Assembly: GCA_002403995.1 (NCBI GenBank)
Contig: DHIV01000103.1
Span: forward strand, 4,488 to 51,718
Direction: 5' to 3'
Length of the DNA: 47,231 nt
DNA from: Gallionella sp. UBA4737
GTDB taxonomy: Bacteria; Pseudomonadota; Gammaproteobacteria; Burkholderiales; Gallionellaceae
The notes beneath the pieces were generated by a model. That model saw nothing but the letters and a program-made list of their open reading frames with translations. It had not been told where the DNA came from and searched no databases. The position numbers were made by a program, and so were the translations under genes. Shown here piece after piece: positions 9,438 to 20,189 of the stretch. Numbering within the stretch: the first letter of the stretch is position 1; each line of letters starts with the position of its first letter.

Positions 9438-10169
9438 TTAAAACTGCTCGTGCTCTCCCAAGTACCGCCACTGCCCAACCGGCAGATTACCCAGCTTTAT
9501 CTTGCCGATGCGGATGCGTTTCAGCCCGGTGACTTCTAGGCCGACCAGTTCACACATGCGCCGGATCTGGCGTTTTTTTCCTTCATGCAGCACGAAGCGC
9601 AACTGGTCTTCGTTTTGCCAGCTCACCTTGGCAGGCTTGAGGTATTCGCCGTCCAGTTTCAAACCTTGGTTGAGCAAGGCCAGTCCGCTGTCATCCAGTT
9701 TTCCCTGCACGCGCACCAGGTATTCCTTGTCCACCTTGGAGTCCTCGCCGATCAGCTGCTTGGCGATGCGCCCATCCTGGGTGAGTACCAGCAAGCCCTG
9801 TGAGTCAATGTCAAGGCGGCCTGCGGGAGCGAGACCGAGCAACTGGCTGCGGTGGAAGCGCAGCGGCGATTGGTCCTCTGCCCAGCGCGTCGAGCTATCC
9901 AGCAGGGCGATCGCCGGCTTGTAGTTATGCTCGGCCTGGCCTGACACATAACCGATCGGCTTGTTGAGCAGGATCGTCACACGCTGTTGCTGGGTGTTTT
10001 GCGCGGCGGTGCGCAACGTCACTTGCTGGCTGGGATAGACCTTGCTGCCCAGTTCACTGACGATTTCGCCGTCTACTTCAACCCAGCCCTTTTCAATATA
10101 GCTGTCCGCCTCGCGGCGGGAGCACAGGCCGAGTTCCGACATGCGTTTGGAGAGGCGGATTTTTTCCAT
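9438..10169 (-). CDS. S4-domain rRNA pseudouridine synthase (RsuA family, RluF-like)
   Basis: RLSKRMSELGLCSRREAD, LNKPIGYVS, GRLD catalytic Asp, EGKKRQIRRM. ATG at 10169. Confidence 0.9.
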   Translation of the reverse strand: MEKIRLSKRMSELGLCSRREADSYIEKGWVEVDGEIVSELGSKVYPSQQVTLRTAAQNTQQQRVTILLNKPIGYVSGQAEHNYKPAIALLDSSTRWAEDQSPLRFHRSQLLGLAPAGRLDIDSQGLLVLTQDGRIAKQLIGEDSKVDKEYLVRVQGKLDDSGLALLNQGLKLDGEYLKPAKVSWQNEDQLRFVLHEGKKRQIRRMCELVGLEVTGLKRIRIGKIKLGNLPVGQWRYLGEHEQF

Positions 10170-10276
10170 GAGAATCTTGCGCGGACAGTTATGCAGGATG
10201 CGATTTAAGCACAAAGCACGCGTTGCGAGAAATAAACACGGCAGGCGGTTTCGGTGCTGCGGGGGCAGCAACAGGC

Positions 10277-10825
10277 CTAATCGTTACGCAGCGGCGGTTT
10301 GGCGAGTTTGCGTTGCAGCGTGCGGCGGTGCATGTTGAGCGCGCGGGCGGTGGCCGAGATGTTGTCGTCATGTTCGCGCAGCACGCGCTGGATGTGTTCC
10401 CACTCGAGGTTTTCGATCTGCGTGGGTTGCGCCTTGAGCGGTGCGTTGCTATCAGGTGCGTGACTGAAGGCTGCAACGATCTCGTCGGCATTGGCAGGCT
10501 TGGCAAGATATTGCGTCGCACCCAGTTTGATCGCCTCTACTGCAGTGGCGATGCTGGCATAGCCGGTCAGCACGACGATGCGCGTGTTCGGATCGAGTTC
10601 GTGCAATACCTTGACCAGCGCCAGTCCCGGCGCGCCGCCCATTTTCAGGTCGACTACGGCGAACTCCGGCGGATTGCTTTTTGCCAGGGGTATCGCATCT
10701 TCCACGCTGTGCGCCACCGTTACGGCAAAGCCACGCTTCGCCAGCGCGCCGCTCAATACCTTGCAAAACGTGATGTCGTCATCCGCCAGTAACAGCGAGG
10801 CAGATTCTTCACGAGGCTCAGTCAC
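10277..10825 (-). CDS. regA: RegA/PrrA/ActR family response regulator
   Basis: Receiver domain with LTGYASIATAVEAIKLGA; Fis-like HTH NISATARALNMHRRTLQRKL. Confidence 0.93.
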   Translation of the reverse strand: MTEPREESASLLLADDDITFCKVLSGALAKRGFAVTVAHSVEDAIPLAKSNPPEFAVVDLKMGGAPGLALVKVLHELDPNTRIVVLTGYASIATAVEAIKLGATQYLAKPANADEIVAAFSHAPDSNAPLKAQPTQIENLEWEHIQRVLREHDDNISATARALNMHRRTLQRKLAKPPLRND

Positions 10826-12084
10826 GTTCTCTCCTCGACTATCGGCAAGGTAAGTCCGGTGGTCGCGCCGCCTTCCTCGCGGTTGAACAGGCGCACCGTG
10901 CCGCCCATGCGTTCGATGGTGGCGTTGGCGAGGAACAGGCCCAATCCGCGGCCTTCTTTCTTGGTGGTGAAGAATGCAGAACCGGCTTTGAGCGCGGCCT
11001 CCTCGCTCAGTCCCTTGCCGTGATCGCGAATCTCCAGCGTGAAGCTGGCGCTATCCCAACGGGCATGTATCTCGATCGGCTGCGGGCTGGCATCGGCGGC
11101 ATTGTTGAGCAGGTTCATCAGCGCGGCGCGCAGCGTCACATCGACGTTGATGTGCGGGGCAGGATGGGCCCCGTTGCTGTCGTAACGATATTGCGCGGCG
11201 GGACGCAGCAATTGCCATTCGTCCAGCACTTCAACCATCAATGCATCCACCGGTCGCGGCAGGGCCGCACCGCTGTCCTGCGCATTCGCCATGATCTTGT
11301 CGAGGATACGTTTGCAACTGCGCACCTGCTCGTCGAGGATGGCCAGATTGTCGCGTAATGCCGGCTGATCGGCAGCGGCATCGTGCCGCAGTTCGCCGAT
11401 CACCACCGCCATCGTGGACAGCGGCGTGCCCATCTCATGTGCCGCACTGGCGGCCTGCGTGCCGAGCGCCACGATACGTTCGTTGCGCAGGATCTCTTCG
11501 CGCACGCGCGCCAGCATCTCGTCGCGGCTGCGCACCGCCTGTGCCATCTGCACCACGAAATACGCCACCACCACCGCGCTGATGACAAAACCGAGCCACA
11601 TGCCCATCACGTGGATGTTGAAGGCATCGTCCTCGTTGTGGTGGATATGCGGCAGCGGGATGTAATAGGCCATCAGCAGGCTGTAACACGCGGCGGTCAG
11701 TGCCGCCATACCCCATGTGTAGCGTGGCGGCAGCGTGGCGGCAGCGATCACCAGCGGCAGCAGGTACAGCGAGATGAACGGGTTGGTCGAGCCGCCGCCG
11801 TAATACAGCAGGATGGTCAGCGCAATCACATCCAAGCTTAACTGAGCGAATAGTTCCGGGTTGGAGACGAGGCGGCTGCTGCGCAAGCGCAGCCAGCTGA
11901 ACAGATTGATCGAAGCAAGCATCGCAATGGTCAGCAACATCGGCTGCCATTCCAGTTCCAGTTCCAGGATTTTCCAGACCACCGCCAGCGTGGCGAGTTG
12001 CGCGGCGACCGCGATGCTGCGCAGCGCGACCAGGCGGCGCAACTGGCTGTGACCGGGGAATGAAGAAAGTATCGCGCTGCTCAT
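10822..12084 (-). CDS. regB: RegB/PrrB/ActS family redox sensor kinase
   Basis: Multiple TM helices, quinone-binding GGGSTNPF, H-box AHEMGTPLSTM, redox Cys in QVRSCKRIL, GLGLFL. Confidence 0.93.
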   Translation of the reverse strand: MSSAILSSFPGHSQLRRLVALRSIAVAAQLATLAVVWKILELELEWQPMLLTIAMLASINLFSWLRLRSSRLVSNPELFAQLSLDVIALTILLYYGGGSTNPFISLYLLPLVIAAATLPPRYTWGMAALTAACYSLLMAYYIPLPHIHHNEDDAFNIHVMGMWLGFVISAVVVAYFVVQMAQAVRSRDEMLARVREEILRNERIVALGTQAASAAHEMGTPLSTMAVVIGELRHDAAADQPALRDNLAILDEQVRSCKRILDKIMANAQDSGAALPRPVDALMVEVLDEWQLLRPAAQYRYDSNGAHPAPHINVDVTLRAALMNLLNNAADASPQPIEIHARWDSASFTLEIRDHGKGLSEEAALKAGSAFFTTKKEGRGLGLFLANATIERMGGTVRLFNREEGGATTGLTLPIVEERT

Positions 12085-12119
12085 GACGCAATTGTAATCG
12101 GTAGCGGCATGGATGAGAG

Positions 12120-12135
12120 TGCGACATTATGCCGC
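12120..12135. promoter_or_regulatory. RegA/PrrA-type binding site upstream of regB
   Basis: TGCGACATTATGCCGC matches the GCGNC-N5-GNCGC consensus and lies 36 nt upstream of the regB start. Confidence 0.7.
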
Positions 12136-12236
12136 CGGATTCTTTTGGAACGGTTGTACAAATATTCTGGTGGTCGCAACGCCAGCGCGTGGTTAAATTA
12201 AACCACGGCTGAACAGGCGCATGCATTTGCAAAGCG

Positions 12237-12746
12237 TTAACGGGTGAACAGGGCTGCGGCGTCCGGTTTTTGTGCTATGGCCTGCTCGACTTCGATTTGT
12301 GTCAGGATGCCTTGGTGATGGCCGACAAGTTTGCCGGTTGGTGAGTACAGAAAGCTGGTAGGCATGCCATCCAGCCCGCCGAAATCTCCGGCAGTATCTT
12401 CGTTTCCGAACACGATGGGATAGGAAATGGATTGTTTGCTGACTATGTCCATCACTTCCTTGCGGCTTCCGTACATCACCGCCACGCCGATCACCTGCAA
12501 ATCCTTGTGCTGTTGCTGCAAGGCAACGAGGCCAGGGATTTCCTGGAGGCATGGCGGGCACCATGGCGCCCAGAAATTGACCAGCACCCACTTGCCATGC
12601 AAGCTGGAAAGTGTGTAATGCGCGCCGTCCCTGTCCTTGAGGTTCCAGTCGCCAGCCCATGCGATGTGAACAAGGCTCAGGGAAAGCAGGAACGCCGCGA
12701 ACAGCGCTCCCTTGGGGGACGATGAGGATTTTTCCAGTGCCTTCAT
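12237..12746 (-). CDS. Exported TlpA/ResA-like thiol-disulfide oxidoreductase
   Basis: Signal peptide, VLVNFWAPWCPPCLQEIP, cis-Pro motif GMPTSF. Confidence 0.92.
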   Translation of the reverse strand: MKALEKSSSSPKGALFAAFLLSLSLVHIAWAGDWNLKDRDGAHYTLSSLHGKWVLVNFWAPWCPPCLQEIPGLVALQQQHKDLQVIGVAVMYGSRKEVMDIVSKQSISYPIVFGNEDTAGDFGGLDGMPTSFLYSPTGKLVGHHQGILTQIEVEQAIAQKPDAAALFTR

Positions 12747-12771
12747 GTTTTAAAGCGCCCTTCCGGCAGGT

Positions 12772-13794
12772 TTATTCGAATGAGTGTGATACTACCAGCG
12801 TCAAAGTGTAGCGCGGGCTTAGCTGCAGGCCGTTGACATTCTGATAGACGGGCAGTTGAACGAAGCCGTAAACGGATGTTCCGCCTCCGACCCGGAGCGA
12901 AGCGCCGGGAGCGAGGTATACCAGCGTGCCGCCGTCAAGCGGAGTGCCGCCAACATCGTCCGGCGCGCGATGGATGTAATTGAGTTGCAGCATGGAGGTG
13001 AATCTGGCTCCGAATTTTGCATGGCGTATCCCGGTGTTCAGCGAGTAGGTGTCACCCGGGCGATAGTCCGCGCCGGCTATGGTTTTGGTGGCAACGGCAT
13101 GTTGCACAGTGCCTTGTGCAAACCAGCCATACTCGGCTATGGCTCCGGTGACAAACCCGCCAAGGATGACATCGGTCGAACCGGTGCCGATTTGCAGGCT
13201 GCGATCCAGCGGGGTGACACCGTCGTTGAAGTTTGCGTTGGTGCTCCCGGTCGGCAGCTTGATTCCGGCGATGATTCCGGACGTTTTGTCGGCGGAGAAC
13301 CCCGTGTATTTTCCGATGACACGGATATCACCGATGCCGCTATCAGATGAAGTGGCGTAACTGGAGTAATCGGGAGAAGACGAAGCGCTGGCGCCATTGT
13401 CACCAAATGTGCCATGCATCCGCTGAACGAATGGCAGCTGGGCGCTGACTCCCCAGGTATCGCTGGTATAGTTGAGCGATGCCGTGGTCGTCCGTGTGGT
13501 GGTGTAATCCTCGATTTCCTGGCCGGCCAGCCAGAGTTCGCTGATCTTTGCTGAAGATGCCTTGCCGGAGCCGTAGCGCTGCTGGTCCTGTTTGATGTAG
13601 TTATAGGACAGGTCGGCGGTGAAACCGGGAGTTGAGCTGATGCCCTGTGTTCCCCACTCTTTTGACAATGAGTCTCCGCAGGCTGCGCAGGCAAGGGCGT
13701 CATTCATCGCGACGAGCGGCAGCAGGGCGAGAGCTGTGGCGGCAACCATTCGAAAGGGTGTGCGGATATGCGAGGAATAATTCGCGGCGTTCAT
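12772..13794 (-). CDS. Putative outer-membrane beta-barrel transporter with an N-terminal CAACG motif
   Basis: Signal peptide ending ALA-C; SGIGDI, GIKLPTG, LQIGTGSTD, QLPVYQNVNGLQL and near-terminal Phe resemble the MetA-pathway-like 'transporter' barrels. ATG at 13794 follows an AAGGA RBS. Confidence 0.75.
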   Translation of the reverse strand: MNAANYSSHIRTPFRMVAATALALLPLVAMNDALACAACGDSLSKEWGTQGISSTPGFTADLSYNYIKQDQQRYGSGKASSAKISELWLAGQEIEDYTTTRTTTASLNYTSDTWGVSAQLPFVQRMHGTFGDNGASASSSPDYSSYATSSDSGIGDIRVIGKYTGFSADKTSGIIAGIKLPTGSTNANFNDGVTPLDRSLQIGTGSTDVILGGFVTGAIAEYGWFAQGTVQHAVATKTIAGADYRPGDTYSLNTGIRHAKFGARFTSMLQLNYIHRAPDDVGGTPLDGGTLVYLAPGASLRVGGGTSVYGFVQLPVYQNVNGLQLSPRYTLTLVVSHSFE

Positions 13795-13855
13795 GGTTTT
13801 GTTCCTTGCGGGTTGATGTCCGCCAAAATTATATAGAGCATTAATTGCCACCACC

Positions 13856-13871
13856 TGCGGCATATTGTCAC
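13856..13871. promoter_or_regulatory. Second RegA-type site, between the barrel gene and lnt
   Basis: TGCGGCATATTGTCAC, one mismatch to GCGGC-N5-GTCGC. Confidence 0.6.
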
Positions 13872-13969
13872 ACCCGCATTTTCCAAGACCGCATGGCCGG
13901 TTGGCAGTGTGTGCAGCGAATCGGTTATGCTGGACGGGTTTTGCAATATATTGGCTGGTGGATTTCTGT

Positions 13970-15529
13970 ATGGGCTTATTGAAGAACGATTATGTCCTGG
14001 CATTTATCTGGGCATTGTGCGCCGGGGTGAGCTGCGTGTTCGGCTTCGCGCCGTTCGGGATTTTCCCGATCCCGGTGCTGGCGCTTGCCGTCCTGTTTGC
14101 GCTTTGGCAGCGCGCCGGCACGCCGCGTATCGCAGCATGGCTGGGTTTCGCTTTCGGTTTGGGATTGTTCGGTGCCGGCGTCGGCTGGATCTATGTCGCG
14201 CTGCACGATTACGGAGACATGCCGATGTTGCTGGCACTGCCGGCAACCATGCTGTTCGCCGCATTCCTTGCGCTGTTCACTGCGTTGGCCGGTTATGCGC
14301 AAGCGCGATTTCCAGTGGCAAACGGTTTGCGCACAATTTTGGTTATGCCGGCGGCATGGGTGTCGGTCGAATGGCTGCGCGGCACGATCTTCACCGGCTT
14401 TCCATGGTTGACTTTGGGTTATGCGCACAGTGACAGTCCGCTGGCAGGCTATGCGCCGCTATTCGGCGTGTATGGCGTATCGCTGATGGCGGCAGTCAGC
14501 GCGGGCTTGCTGGCGTACGCCTCGATAAACCTGCTGCGTGATCCGCCAGCTGCGTTGCGCGGCACACTCTCCCTCGCCAAGTTTTCTCGAGGCGTACGCA
14601 TCCCCTTATTGATATTGGCCGCGCTTTGGATAGTCGGAGCCGCGCTACGCCCCATCGCATGGACACAGCCTCACGGCGAACCTTTCAGCGTGGCGCTGAT
14701 ACAGGGCAACATCGCGCAGAATCTCAAGTTCAACGAAGATGCGCTGGTGGGCACGCTGGAAACATATCGCCGCCTGGTGTTGCAGAACAACGCGCGTCTT
14801 ACGTTGCTGCCGGAAACCGCTTTGCCGTTGCTGCGCCATGAAGTGCCGCAAAATCTGGTTGGGCAACTGCGCGACCATGCATTGCAAAATGGCGGGGATA
14901 TTCTGATTGGAGTTTTTGAGCGTGACCACGGCAGCTACTACAACAGCGTATTTTCATTGGGTGCGGACGAAGAGCAACATTACCGCAAACACCATCTGGT
15001 GGTGTTTGGCGAATTCATTCCGTTGCGCCCGTTGCTCGGCTGGTTCATCAACGACGTGCTCAACATTCCGATGGGCGATCTGGCACGGGGCGATAAGCTG
15101 CAGGCACCGCTCGATGTTGCCGGGCAGCATGTCGCGGTGAACATCTGCTATGAAGATGTGTTCGGCGAAGAAATCATCCGCGCCCTGCCGCAGGCCACGC
15201 TGCTGGCCAACTTCACCAATGATGCCTGGTATGGCCATTCGTACGCAGCCGCGCAGCACAACCAGATCTCTCAAATGCGTGCCATGGAAAGCGGCCGGAT
15301 GATGTTGCGCGCCACCAATACCGGCGTCACTTCCATCATAGGCGCGGATGGCAAAGTTTTGCAGCAATTGCCGCAACATGTGGAGGTGGTCCTGCATGGT
15401 ATGGCGCAAGGCTATGAGGGACTCACGCCCTATGCGCGCTGGGGCAATGCGGCCGTGTGGCTGCTGATTGTGCTGATGCTGGCAGGGGCGCGGTCGCCGA
15501 GAAACCGGTTTGCGGTCTGGAAGCACTGA
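13970..15529 (+). CDS. lnt: Apolipoprotein N-acyltransferase
   Basis: EWLRGTIFTGFPW, QGNI, PETA, KHHLVVFGEFIP, ICYE, TNDAWYG, RATNTG. Start taken at ATG 13970. Confidence 0.96.
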   Translation: MGLLKNDYVLAFIWALCAGVSCVFGFAPFGIFPIPVLALAVLFALWQRAGTPRIAAWLGFAFGLGLFGAGVGWIYVALHDYGDMPMLLALPATMLFAAFLALFTALAGYAQARFPVANGLRTILVMPAAWVSVEWLRGTIFTGFPWLTLGYAHSDSPLAGYAPLFGVYGVSLMAAVSAGLLAYASINLLRDPPAALRGTLSLAKFSRGVRIPLLILAALWIVGAALRPIAWTQPHGEPFSVALIQGNIAQNLKFNEDALVGTLETYRRLVLQNNARLTLLPETALPLLRHEVPQNLVGQLRDHALQNGGDILIGVFERDHGSYYNSVFSLGADEEQHYRKHHLVVFGEFIPLRPLLGWFINDVLNIPMGDLARGDKLQAPLDVAGQHVAVNICYEDVFGEEIIRALPQATLLANFTNDAWYGHSYAAAQHNQISQMRAMESGRMMLRATNTGVTSIIGADGKVLQQLPQHVEVVLHGMAQGYEGLTPYARWGNAAVWLLIVLMLAGARSPRNRFAVWKH

Positions 15530-15764
15530 AAGCGACTATTCTGGTGCAGCGACAATGCTTTCACGTCACAGTGATTTCGTGTTACGCTTCAACGATGTAA
15601 GGTCCAGCCTGCAGAGGTTGTGCAAGATCAGGTCAGCTGCGCTGTTGGCGGGCACCCTTGGTTGTTGCGCAGCGTCTCAAGCAGCGGACAATCACATTGT
15701 CGAGAAACCGTTGCTGGCAGCTGCTCTGCTGGCAACATTGTCATGAAATGAAGGGTGGGATTAA

Positions 15765-16853
15765 GTGAATACATTTTGGCTGATAGCCGCTGGCTTGATT
15801 GTCGTTATTGCTGCTGCATTGCTGTTGGTATTGTTGCCGCGGTTGCGCAGGATGCAGAAAAACCTGCTGAGTGAACCCAAAGGCGCGATGGCCATACTTA
15901 CAGGGAGTCAGGGACCGGTAATTGTGGGTGGCATAGCGGTTTGTTTATTTGCGATGGCATTATATTTTGCATGGACTACCCCAGGCACATCCACCGGGCC
16001 ACAGACGGCGAAAGAGATCGGCATGTCGCCTGAGCATGTCGCAATGATCAAGACCTTGTCTGCGCGTCTGGAACAGAATCCCAATGATGGCAAGGGCTGG
16101 GCCATGCTGGCAAGATCCTATGCAGTGTTGGGGCGATATCAGGAAGCATTGCCTGCCTACGAGAAAGCAGCGAATTTGCTCCCGAACGACGCGGTTTTGC
16201 TGGTGGACTATGCCGAAATACTGGCGACAGCGAACGGCAAGAATTTGCAAGGCAAACCTTCGGAGATAATCAAGAGCGCGCTGTTGATCGACCCCAACAA
16301 TATTAAGGGCCTGAATTTGATCGGTATAGCTGCTTACCAGGCCGGAGATTACGCCCACGCTGTGAGCTATTGGGAAAAGTTGCTGCAATTGTTGCCGCCG
16401 GATTCACCCAACGCAAAAAAAATCAACGCCAGTATAGCCACAGCCCGCGCCCGGATAGCGGCGGGCACACAACCGCCGGCCCAAGGCATGATGCAGCCGG
16501 CGACTGGCGCTGAACAGATTAGCGGTGTGGTGAAACTGAGTCCCGCATTGGCAGGAAAAGCGTCACCCAACGATACCGTGTTTGTGTACGCCAAGGCGGT
16601 ATCCGGCCCACCCATGCCCATTGCAGTGATTCGTGCCCAAGTCAAAGATCTGCCGCAAAAATTTGTTCTTAACGATTCGATGGCGATGATGCCGACGATG
16701 AAGTTGTCGAATTTCAAAGAGGTGGTAATTAGCGCGAAAGTTTCCAAGTCAGGCAATGCTACGCCGCAAAGCGGCGATTTAGGAGGCGAAGTCGCATCCG
16801 TGAAGGTTGGCGCCAACAATGTGCAACTGGTGATCGACAAAATCGTTCCATAG
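15765..16853 (+). CDS. CcmI/CycH-like cytochrome c maturation TPR protein
   Basis: Two N-terminal TMs, TPRs (LEQNPNDGKGWAMLARSY, AVSYWEKLL), and the CycH C-terminal domain (DTVFVYAKA..GPPMP, LNDSMAMMP, SKSGNA). Confidence 0.85.
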   Translation: MNTFWLIAAGLIVVIAAALLLVLLPRLRRMQKNLLSEPKGAMAILTGSQGPVIVGGIAVCLFAMALYFAWTTPGTSTGPQTAKEIGMSPEHVAMIKTLSARLEQNPNDGKGWAMLARSYAVLGRYQEALPAYEKAANLLPNDAVLLVDYAEILATANGKNLQGKPSEIIKSALLIDPNNIKGLNLIGIAAYQAGDYAHAVSYWEKLLQLLPPDSPNAKKINASIATARARIAAGTQPPAQGMMQPATGAEQISGVVKLSPALAGKASPNDTVFVYAKAVSGPPMPIAVIRAQVKDLPQKFVLNDSMAMMPTMKLSNFKEVVISAKVSKSGNATPQSGDLGGEVASVKVGANNVQLVIDKIVP

Positions 16854-17222
16854 ACCGGAGTGATAAACTCGGCCTGTTATTCGTCGCGGCGCTTAGGCAA
16901 GCTACCGGAAAGTCCCCTGCCCGAACTTGAGCAGAACACCGGTTCTCATTCATTATGCATGGGACATTGCATTGCAAGAGGTTGGTATTAACGCGTAGCA
17001 AGGGTGGTTTCCGTCCGGCCGCAGAAAAATATCCGACCCGACGCATCCTGGCAAATGTTTGTGGCGGGCGCATCGTTGGCAACATGTTTATTGGCAAGGG
17101 TGCGAACGTAATGCGGGGAATTCGTATCCTGGCCTCTAATACTCCACTCACGCACCGGTGTACCGCAACATTTTGCGGCGTACAATTGAAGCCGTGAACA
17201 GAATCTTTTTGAGGAAGTCGCA

Positions 17223-18760
17223 ATGAACCTCTCCATGCCTGAAATCACCCTCCAGCCGCGCATCGATAAAGCGATTGCGCCACAGCCGGCAGAGGGGCAG
17301 TCCCTCTCCGAGGTCCCGCTTCGGGTCAAGGGATTTCTGGCGTTCGCCGCGGTCGTGATCTATGCGGTGCTGCTGACGACTTTCACGTTCAACAAAAAGG
17401 CCGAGCTGGTAGACGAGTTCGAGCATCTGCAGGATCTCTATAAAGTTGAAGATGGTCTCAGGCAAGTGGATGCGACCGCCTTCCACATTGTCATGGCGGT
17501 GTTCATGAACCCGAAGACCGATGACAAGAAAGAGGCGATCCGGCGCTTCCAGGAAAACTTCGAATTACTCAAGAGAAAGAACGCCGAACTGGTGGCACAC
17601 TATCCCGTTGCCGGGGTGAATCTTGCCGGCCTCGAGCAAGCGGTGGTACGAGCCGCCGAACATCCCTCTGCGGACGGATTGTCCCAGATGAACGCTGAAT
17701 TGCTCAAGGTCAAGATCGAGATCACCCAGCACATCGACGAATCGACGCGGGAACAAAAGGCGACCGCAGAGAGCTTCCACATGCTATGGGATTCGGCGGC
17801 GCTCGCCTCGCTGTTGTTCGGATTGATCGGACTGTTGTTGCTGGGCGCGATTATCGGCCTATTCTTCACCCGGCTCACCACCGACTTGCACACCCTGAAA
17901 GCCAGGGCGCTGGGCATCATCAAGGGAGAACGCAACACGTTCACGCCGGTGACCCGCAACGACGAGGTGGGTGAATTGATGCAGGCGGTGAACCAGATGG
18001 CCACGGCGCTGGACGAGCGTGAAAGAGAACTGGTGATCACCCGGCAGAAATTCTTCCATCGCGAGAAGATGGCGGCGGTGGGCGCACTGGCCGCCGGCGT
18101 GGCGCACGAGATCGGCAATCCCATCGCGGCCATGTCCGGCGTGCTGCAGGAAATGGTCGACGAACAGGGAGCCGGGCAATCGCAGCTGGCTGGCGGCAAC
18201 AAACTGACCGTGTTGCAGACCCAGATCCAGCGCCTGTCCGCGATCACCCGCGAGATCTCCGGATTCGCCGCTCCGCAGCCGATGGAACGACAGCTGCTGG
18301 ATCTGAACGGGCTGGTGCGGACCACCTCCGGACTGATGGGCTATGACAAGCGGATGAGCCGGGTGAGCCTGCGGCTCAACCTGGATAGCCAGTTGCCGGC
18401 GATCTATGGCGTGGCCGACCAGCTCACGCAGGTGATCATGAACCTGCTGATCAATGCCGCCGACGCGTTGAGTTCCAGAGCAGAGGGCATGCGCGAGATC
18501 GCCCTGCGCAGCGAGCTATCCGGCGACCAGGTGTGCTTTACCGTGACCGACAACGGTGGCGGCATGGATCAGGAAACGCTCAACCGGGCGTTCGAGGCCT
18601 TTTATACCACCAAAAGCAAAGGGACCGGGCTGGGTTTGTCGCTGTGCTATTCCATCATCACCGGACATGGCGGCACGATAGAGATCGATTCGGCCCCCAA
18701 TCAGGGGACGCGGGTGCGAATCTTCCTGCCGGTGCCCACGGATGACGGGAGCGATAACTT

Positions 18761-18764
<4 letters not shown>
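17223..18764 (+). CDS. Membrane sensor histidine kinase (2 TM, HAMP, NtrB/AtoS-type core)
   Basis: NDEVGELMQAVNQM HAMP, H-box GVAHEIGNP, NLLINAADA, DNGGGM, KGTGLGL. Confidence 0.94.
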
Positions 18765-20176
<1,412 letters not shown>

Positions 20177-20189
20177 CGGCGCCAGCGTA

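Noticed and set aside
15510..15746. 78-aa ORF with signal-peptide-like fragments upstream of the ccmI-like gene
   Set aside because: No convincing start or RBS and no recognisable domain. It could be a gene remnant, but that cannot be supported from sequence alone.
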